This document shows, piece by piece, positions 8,950-14,041 of a stretch of DNA of 32,000 bases. The notes below the pieces were generated by a model. It was not told the origin of the DNA. It ran no database searches and worked only from the letters and a program-made list of their open reading frames with translations. The position numbers were made by a program, and so were the translations under genes. This DNA is from Zestosphaera tikiterensis. GTDB taxonomy: Archaea > Thermoproteota > Thermoprotei_A > Sulfolobales > NBVN01. The stretch is from assembly GCA_003056265.1 (NCBI GenBank), contig NBVN01000002.1, positions 180,001 through 212,000 on the forward strand, written 5' to 3'. How positions within the stretch are numbered: the first letter of the stretch is position 1; every line of letters starts with the position of its first letter.

Positions 8950-10258
8950 GCTGTACTAACCTCGTAAAACGCTGAGTAATTTCTAGATGTGACTTACCTG
9001 CTTTCTTAGCTTTACTTAAGATTTCTTCAAAGCTGACGTCCTCTCCATACTCGTATAGGTTATTTAGCTTAACGACGTCTTCGGATATGGAGTATATAGG
9101 TTCGTCAACGCTAACCACAGCTCTTTTTAACCCCACCCCTTTAACGTAGTTTAATGTGATTATCAAGTCAAACATTGATACTTGATAGGGTGTTAAGCTT
9201 ATCGGTGGGGACATAAGCCTTAGTAAGGCTTCCTCAGCGCTACCGCCGTGGAAAGTTGTTAATGAGCCTAAGCCCATATTAATAGCTTGAACTAAAACCC
9301 TAGCTTCAGCTCCTCTAGTTTCACCTATAACTATAAACCTATTGACGGACGACCTTAAAGCAGCTTTAGTTAGGAAGAATTGATCTATAGGGCTTTCAAG
9401 ATTCCAAGGTGATGTAGGCACTACATACTTAACCCAACTGCTGTCGTTAGGTATGTCTATCTCGGGCGTGTCTTCAATTATACATACCTTCCAATTCTTA
9501 GGTATTAACTCGTAGAGTAGCGCCTTAAGTAATGTTGTCTTACCTGAGCCAGGCGGCCCCACTATTATTACAGAGCCTCTATTCCTTAAAACATAGTTGA
9601 CTAACTGAACCACAGCCTCTTTAACCATACCATCATTAATTAAGTCCTTCAAACTTACGTAAGTTTTAAGCTTCTTTCTAATGGTTATTTCGCCTTTACT
9701 ATCCGCTATATCCGGAAGAACTAAATGTATGCGATGCCCACCATCTTCCGCCGGAAGATTAGCGTCTACTATAGGACTTGCCTTAGTTATTAACTTGCCT
9801 GCTCTTTGCGCTAACACACTTAAATGCTCGAGGAAGTCATTCATATCCTCTATGACTATATTCGTTTTAATGTAATCAACGTCCGGATCGGATTTAACGA
9901 TTAAAGAATGCCTAACCCACACAAACCCAGGACCGCTTATAGAGATATCCTCTATATATGGATCGTCTATTAAGACCTGCAACTTCTTATATTTCATCTC
10001 CTCACGTAATGTGTAGGCTATCTTAAGCTCGTTGGGATTTAATCTTAACTTTCTCTTAATTACAGCAGCTGCGTTTTTAACGTAGCTATACATGTTACTT
10101 TCTTTAGCGCTTATTAAAACCTTACCTAACTCCTCCTTCAATACGTTACTATATGGTTTATCAACGCTGTTAGTAGCTATGTACTTATAGTCTCCGGACT
10201 CCTCCTTAACTATAATTATGTTGAAGGTGCCGACTTTATATGAAGAAACTATACTCAT
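8933..10258 (-). CDS. Type II/IV secretion family ATPase (FlaI/PilB/VirB11-like pilus assembly ATPase)
   Basis: 441 aa. Walker A is IIVGPPGSGKTTLL, the Asp box is IIEDTPEI, Walker B is FIVIGETRG and the His box is LTTFHGGS, all in canonical order. A GGTG Shine-Dalgarno-like element lies ~9 nt upstream of the ATG. Confidence 0.9.
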   Translation of the reverse strand: MSIVSSYKVGTFNIIIVKEESGDYKYIATNSVDKPYSNVLKEELGKVLISAKESNMYSYVKNAAAVIKRKLRLNPNELKIAYTLREEMKYKKLQVLIDDPYIEDISISGPGFVWVRHSLIVKSDPDVDYIKTNIVIEDMNDFLEHLSVLAQRAGKLITKASPIVDANLPAEDGGHRIHLVLPDIADSKGEITIRKKLKTYVSLKDLINDGMVKEAVVQLVNYVLRNRGSVIIVGPPGSGKTTLLKALLYELIPKNWKVCIIEDTPEIDIPNDSSWVKYVVPTSPWNLESPIDQFFLTKAALRSSVNRFIVIGETRGAEARVLVQAINMGLGSLTTFHGGSAEEALLRLMSPPISLTPYQVSMFDLIITLNYVKGVGLKRAVVSVDEPIYSISEDVVKLNNLYEYGEDVSFEEILSKAKKAGKSHLEITQRFTRLVQHEVIN

Positions 10259-10302
10259 AGAAAAGCACCTTCACAAAATTTTATAATGTTTAAAAATATT
10301 TC

Positions 10303-10746
10303 TTACCTTAAGTTTACGTTAACGTTGAATTTACTGTTTAACGCGTCCACAACCTCAAACACTAACGACATAACATCACTAACGCTGTCTACGGTGATGA
10401 TGAATGTTTGCGATGTTCCTTGTTTTAAATTACTTCCACTACTACCTACTGCTGTATACGTAGCGTTTTCAACTGTCCCATCACTTAATACAGCAAATAC
10501 TTTAGATAGGGTAAAATCTCTGGAACTTCTATTACGTAAAGTTACTACGAATACCTGCTTCGTACCACTTACTTCCTTATGGTTTAAAATACCTTCAACT
10601 TCAGGTGTGAGGACGTAACTACTTACCCTAGAGGATTGCGATGTCAACCACCCTTGAAGAGCTAACGCTATAGGCACGGCTATAGCAACTAAAGTTAACA
10701 CTACGACTAAATCGCTCACGGCCTTATTCGCTTTAAACGCTTTCAT
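10303..10746 (-). CDS. Archaeal type IV pilin-like protein with a class III (PibD-type) signal peptide
   Basis: From the ATG at 10746 the protein begins MKAFKANKA/VSDLVVVLTLVAIAVPIALAL. That is a short basic leader, a small residue at -1, then a ~20-aa hydrophobic helix. A beta-rich Ser/Thr/Val domain follows, with NRS and NAT sequons. A TATA box ~30 nt upstream fits the 10746 start rather than the track start at 10788. Confidence 0.75.
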   Translation of the reverse strand: MKAFKANKAVSDLVVVLTLVAIAVPIALALQGWLTSQSSRVSSYVLTPEVEGILNHKEVSGTKQVFVVTLRNRSSRDFTLSKVFAVLSDGTVENATYTAVGSSGSNLKQGTSQTFIITVDSVSDVMSLVFEVVDALNSKFNVNVNLR

Positions 10747-10772
10747 TTTTAACACCCGTACTTTTTCAAGGG

Positions 10773-10781
10773 TATTTAAAA
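10773..10781 (-). promoter_or_regulatory. TATA box (TTTTAAATA on the minus strand) for the pilin-led operon
   Basis: It is centred ~31 nt upstream of the ATG at 10746, which implies a leaderless or near-leaderless mRNA. Confidence 0.5.
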
Positions 10782-10799
10782 GGTTCATATACCTTTACA

Positions 10800-10808
10800 T
10801 TTTAAAAA
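10800..10808 (+). promoter_or_regulatory. TATA box (TTTTAAAAA) for the divergent winged-helix gene
   Basis: It is centred ~29 nt upstream of the GTG at 10833 and lies back-to-back with the pilin TATA inside an 86-bp spacer. Confidence 0.5.
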
Positions 10809-10832
10809 CATCTAACTCTAAGAAATTGACTG

Positions 10833-11162
10833 GTGTATAGCTTGAAGGAGTTTAGACTTAGACTGAAGAAAATCTTAGAATCTATGGCTGGGAAGGTAGT
10901 CACGCCAGGCGACGTGGTGACTTTAACAGGTCTTCCAAGGTATGAAGTTCTAGCTACGATACATGTTTTAGAAGCTTTAAATTTCGTTGAGTTAATAAAT
11001 GAAAAAGGAAACTTTAGAATTTATAAATTAACTAACGCCGGTTTAAAACTTCTAAGAGTACTTGAGGAAATGTCTGAAATCGAGGTTGATATCCTTGCGA
11101 AACCCTCTGAGGAAATCCCAACACATACGACTTCAGCTACTGAAGCAACACAATCTAGTTGA
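10833..11162 (+). CDS. Small winged-helix (wHTH) DNA-binding protein, divergent from the pilus-like operon
   Basis: 109 aa with a GTG start. The segment VVTPGDVVTLTGLPRYEVLATIHVLEALNFVELINEKGNFRIYKLTNAGLKLL has the helix-turn-helix plus beta-wing pattern of MarR/archaeal wHTH proteins. The tail is acidic and Ser/Thr-rich. Confidence 0.6.
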   Translation: MYSLKEFRLRLKKILESMAGKVVTPGDVVTLTGLPRYEVLATIHVLEALNFVELINEKGNFRIYKLTNAGLKLLRVLEEMSEIEVDILAKPSEEIPTHTTSATEATQSS

Positions 11163-11377
11163 GGTAAACGCTTACAACCGAGAGCCCCGTCTTTTTAAGT
11201 CATGGATAGAAAGCTTATAGTCTTTCTTTACGTTTTTGTCGGGTTTATGCGAAGAGGTTAAGACATGAAGTCCTTGAGGGCTTCCGAGGCTGATTAATAA
11301 TGCCTCAAGAACAGGGGTTAAGACCCGACGGAAATAAGGTGAGTAAAGTCCTAGGATGACGGGCGAGGAGATCGCTA

Positions 11378-11848
11378 TTGAAGACATACACTAAGGAATC
11401 AAGCATTGCTTCCTACATCTACGTCGTTGAGTGTCTTGAAGACTTTAAACTAAGCATTAAATCTTTAGGTAACCTAAAAATAGAGCGTGGCATATACCTA
11501 TACGTAGGCTCCGCAAACATTAAAAGACCGTATTTAAGGGTGATAAGACATTTAACTAAAAACTTTAAAAAACCCAAGTGGCATATAGACTACATCACGA
11601 TAAACTGCCAACCTAAGCTAGGTGTTTTATGTTACGGCATCGATGAAAACTTCATGTGGGATTATATAGTTAAACACGGCCATATCTTCACACCATACGT
11701 TAAAGGTTTCGGAGCTTCAGATACACCACATCATAATACACACTTATTTAAGGTAGTCTCTACGGATGTAATAAACCCCTACAATGCCGTGGTTAAGACG
11801 TTCTTAAAATTGAAGGTTTGCTCACATATTGAGTTTTTAACGCCTTGA
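11378..11848 (+). CDS. DUF123 / GIY-YIG (Uri) superfamily nuclease-like protein
   Basis: 156 aa with a TTG start. Signature segments are GIYLYVGSA, RVIRHL, KWHIDYI, GFGASD and HLF, as in the archaeal DUF123 family. Confidence 0.85.
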   Translation: MKTYTKESSIASYIYVVECLEDFKLSIKSLGNLKIERGIYLYVGSANIKRPYLRVIRHLTKNFKKPKWHIDYITINCQPKLGVLCYGIDENFMWDYIVKHGHIFTPYVKGFGASDTPHHNTHLFKVVSTDVINPYNAVVKTFLKLKVCSHIEFLTP

Positions 11849-11974
11849 CCACATGGTGTAGGGGTTTAATTTTGATTTCCTTTTAAAGTTGTTTGAAGAC
11901 TCTTAAAAACGATTGAATTGTTTTAAGCATGGCTGTTTAATCTACGGAAAAGAAAAGTTCTGAAGTTTGAATGT

Positions 11975-12277
11975 TTAATCAACGAATTTTATAAGTCCTA
12001 CTTCAGCAAGTTGGTTAAGTATTAACGTTACAGGCTCGCGTAATTCTTCCTCTGAAAGCGTAGCTTCTGGTGAGGCTTTAAGTTCCTCACTTATTTGATG
12101 AATTAACTCTTCAACGTTTTTAGTTCCTTCACACATTTGCCACACGTAATAAGCACTTAACGAGAGCGCGTATGTCCTCTCCTCATCTAAGCTCACTATG
12201 TAGTTTTCTCCTTCAACACCTAACTCAATGCCTTGCTTTAAAGGCTTCTTACTTTTGATTTCTTCAAAACCTAACAT
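11975..12277 (-). CDS. PqqD-family (RiPP recognition element-like) small protein
   Basis: I trimmed this to the ATG at 12277, because the longer track ORF would overlap ssb. The segments YALSLSAYYVWQMCEGTKNVEELIHQISEEL ... ILNQLAEVGLI match the PqqD pattern. The start lies 4 nt after the ssb stop. Confidence 0.7.
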   Translation of the reverse strand: MLGFEEIKSKKPLKQGIELGVEGENYIVSLDEERTYALSLSAYYVWQMCEGTKNVEELIHQISEELKASPEATLSEEELREPVTLILNQLAEVGLIKFVD

Positions 12278-12281
12278 GATA

Positions 12282-12770
12282 CTAACCTCCGAAGTCTTCC
12301 TCCTCCCCTTCTTCAGAGCTCTGCTCTCTTCTGAAGCCGCCTCTTCTAAACGGTCTGCGTGGTCTGCGAGCACCTCTAAACTCAGGTTTGAAGCCTTCAG
12401 GAGCTTTAGGGTAGTTATCAGGTATGGAATCTGCTTCAGGAACCTCACCGCTTTGAGACTCCACTATGTTTCCTTCACCGCCAACGTTTAACTGCACCGA
12501 ACCTTTAAACACGGTTGTCCAAGCATTCTTTATCTCTACTACATCACCTTCTTTAACCTTACCCGCTATGGCCTTACCCCATAAAGTCAGCTTAACCTTC
12601 CCTGAATCGTCACCTACAACTACTTCGCTAATAGTTCTAGTTCCAGACCTTGTGTTTATAGTTTTTGGTTGTTCTACCTTAATAACGCGAGCCACGAGGC
12701 TTACGTTATTCATATTTGGTTTTAGATCCATTACCTTTATCTTCGGTTTACCTACGTTCGATCCACTCAT
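12282..12770 (-). CDS. ssb: Single-stranded DNA-binding protein, crenarchaeal single-OB type
   Basis: The segment LKPNMNNVSLVARV...TRSGTRTISEVVVGDDSGKVKLTLWGK...KEGDVVEIKNAWTTVFKGSVQLNVG is collinear with Sulfolobus SSB. It has an RG-rich linker and an acidic tail (EEGEEEDFGG). A GGAGAGG Shine-Dalgarno-like element lies upstream. Confidence 0.92.
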   Translation of the reverse strand: MSGSNVGKPKIKVMDLKPNMNNVSLVARVIKVEQPKTINTRSGTRTISEVVVGDDSGKVKLTLWGKAIAGKVKEGDVVEIKNAWTTVFKGSVQLNVGGEGNIVESQSGEVPEADSIPDNYPKAPEGFKPEFRGARRPRRPFRRGGFRREQSSEEGEEEDFGG

Positions 12771-12911
12771 TTCATTCCTCTCCTACGATTTACGGTACGT
12801 ATAGTGTTTAATAACAGGGTATTTAAATTATTATGTTTTTTACTCGCTTGATGAAAACTTTAAAGAAGCTAATTAACGCCGTGGTTAATTAACTCTAAAA
12901 ACGTTTTAAAC

Positions 12912-13139
12912 TTAAGCTTTCTCAACTAATATAGCTCCCACGGGGCAGGCAGTCCTACCCTGCTCTACACAGTCAGCTAATTCGTCTGGAACCACACCTT
13001 CAGTTACGTCACTACCTCTAAACTCCTTAACTATTTGAGATTTTCCATCTGGTCCCGCTTCGAACACTTGCGGACATAGTGCGTAGCAAACCCCATCAGC
13101 TATGCAGAGGTTCCAATCCACCTTAACTTTCAGAGGCAT
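12912..13139 (-). CDS. Small single-cluster ferredoxin with a predicted Asp-containing cluster motif
   Basis: 75 aa. The motif is C-I-A-D-G-V-C-Y-A-L-C-P ... C-V-E-Q-G-R-T-A-C-P, that is CxxDxxC...CP as in Pyrococcus-type [4Fe-4S] ferredoxins. Confidence 0.85.
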   Translation of the reverse strand: MPLKVKVDWNLCIADGVCYALCPQVFEAGPDGKSQIVKEFRGSDVTEGVVPDELADCVEQGRTACPVGAILVEKA

Positions 13140-13347
13140 TTTATTTACACCAAGATATTTTGAAGTAAGCCTAAATAAACTTAATCACTATATAAAGTAT
13201 TGAAAACATAAATATGGGTTTAACGTCAATTCAGCTTCTTTCCACTTATTAAGGAACTGACTTCCTTACTTTAGAGAGTTGCTTATCGATTTGAATGTAT
13301 ATCCACCCATTCACCTTCGAGTTAGGCCTCCGACCCACCATCCCTAT

Positions 13348-13403
13348 TCAGCTTCGAGGACTCTAGGCTATGGATTCTTCACAGCTTAACATCAGCTTCG
13401 AGG
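13348..13403. repeat. Direct 12-nt repeat TCAGCTTCGAGG (13348-13359 and 13392-13403) inside a long ORF-free spacer
   Basis: Two exact copies lie 44 nt apart. Partial copies are TCAGCTTC at 13231-13238 and CTTCGAG at about 13315-13321. Confidence 0.6.
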
Positions 13404-13571
13404 CTTCAAGACTTCAGTGGAAGACGTGATATGGGTTAATGCTTGATTGAATGTGTTGTTAAGACTTTCCTTCATACGTATGAACATCATCGCCAACAAC
13501 ACGTTATTAAGAAAGAAAGCTTATAAACTTTCTATCCCACCATACATGATGAGGCCTTCAGATGTAAGACT

Positions 13572-13778
13572 ATGTTAGGAGGGATAGGAGCAGTGAGTGA
13601 GAAAGTTACATATAAGTGTTGGAGATGCGGTTCTGAATTTACAGTTGAGGAGGGTTTAGAGACTTTCATGGCTAAGGAAAGCAGTGAAGGATATACGTTC
13701 TTAAGATGTCCTTACTGCGGCTATAGAATAATAGGTAAGACTAGACGACCTGGTTTAAAGTACGTTAAAGCCATTTAA
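13572..13778 (+). CDS. rpoP: DNA-directed RNA polymerase subunit P (Rpo12/RpoP)
   Basis: It has Zn-ribbon knuckles CWRCG and CPYCG and the family-typical C-terminus RRPGLKYVKAI. The real start is probably the GTG at 13593, which is preceded by AGGAGG. Confidence 0.85.
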   Translation: MLGGIGAVSEKVTYKCWRCGSEFTVEEGLETFMAKESSEGYTFLRCPYCGYRIIGKTRRPGLKYVKAI

Positions 13779-13820
13779 ATTACATGTTTAAATGTTTCAT
13801 TTCTTTAAGTCTCCATAATT

Positions 13821-13928
13821 TGGTGGGCCCGCGGGGATTTGAACCCCGGACCACCCGGTTATGAATCCCGTAAGGCCTGAGTTTCAGGCGCTTATGCCGG
13901 GCGCTCTGCCTGGCTGAGCTACGGGCCC
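13821..13928 (-). tRNA. tRNA with anticodon CAT (elongator Met or Ile2), 31-nt intron at a non-canonical position (32/33), CCA encoded
   Basis: In the reverse complement: acceptor GGGCCCG/CGGGCCC, discriminator A, then CCA; D arm GCTC-AGCCAGGCA-GAGC; T arm CGGGG-TTCAAAT-CCCCG. The anticodon stem CCCGG/CCGGG encloses 38 nt. Removing 13865-13895 leaves the loop CTCATAA. The intron contains the hairpin GCCTGA-AAC-TCAGGC and a relaxed bulge-helix-bulge (bulges GCA and ATT around helix CCCG/CGGG). Confidence 0.85.
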
Positions 13929-14041
13929 CCTTATCTAATTGTTTCATAGGGCTTTTAAATTTTAAAGCTGGGACGTTCTTCAAAGCTTCGGTGGCTTCAC
14001 CTTTAAAATTAGCTAGTAACAAAGTGTTTTAAGGATGGCTG

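Noticed and set aside
9681-9875. 64-aa plus-strand ORF inside the FlaI-like ATPase gene
   Set aside because: It is an antisense shadow ORF.
10286-10618. 110-aa plus-strand ORF opposite the pilin gene
   Set aside because: The minus-strand frame gives a textbook class III signal peptide with promoter support. The plus-strand product is Thr/Ser/Leu-rich with no features.
10747-10788. Upstream extension of the pilin ORF (MNLLNTLEKVRVLK)
   Set aside because: The extension would bury the signal peptide and would include the predicted TATA box. The ATG at 10746 gives a canonical short basic leader.
11341-11352. GAGUAAAGUCCU resembles the RNase P RNA CR-I motif (GGAAAGUCC)
   Set aside because: It lies about 25 nt upstream of the well-supported DUF123 CDS start, so a catalytic domain continuing 3-prime would have to overlap that gene. 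The CR-V-like string (CGCTTACAA at ~11169-11177) is upstream instead of downstream. I could not assemble a P4 pairing or the other conserved regions.
11172-11387. 71-aa minus-strand ORF in the wHTH/DUF123 spacer
   Set aside because: Its product is low-complexity and it uses four CGN Arg codons in an AT-rich genome. It has no plausible promoter outside the DUF123 coding region. It coincides with a GC-rich foldable segment and is more likely an artefact of a structured RNA or spacer.
11975-12448. Long version (157 aa) of the PqqD-like ORF
   Set aside because: The upstream 57 codons overlap the 3-prime third of ssb in another frame. An internal ATG at 12277 sits 4 nt after the ssb stop and yields a typical ~100-aa PqqD-size protein.
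12228-12804. Plus-strand ORFs 12228-12491 and 12466-12804 antisense to ssb and the PqqD-like gene
   Set aside because: They are antisense shadows of strongly supported genes, with Ser/Leu/Phe-rich low-complexity products.
12845-12905. Possible C/D-box sRNA (TTGATGA ... CTAA) upstream of ssb
   Set aside because: There is no CTGA D box and the spacing is poor. The sequence is AT-rich and overlaps the ssb promoter region.
13239-13423. Inverted AGTGGAA(A/G) elements reminiscent of archaeal ORB origin boxes (CCAGTGGAAA core)
   Set aside because: Only 7-8 nt match the consensus as I remember it. The intervening DNA is not an AT-rich unwinding element. No orc1/cdc6 or whiP gene is adjacent. This is insufficient to call an origin.
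13483-13495. GATGATG on the minus strand as a possible C box in the long spacer
   Set aside because: The nearest CTGA is about 80 nt away and no internal boxes are recognisable.
13780-14022. 80-aa minus-strand ORF
   Set aside because: It is built across the tRNA(CAT) gene and its flanks, and its Arg/Pro/Gly-rich product reflects the GC-rich tRNA sequence. It is spurious.
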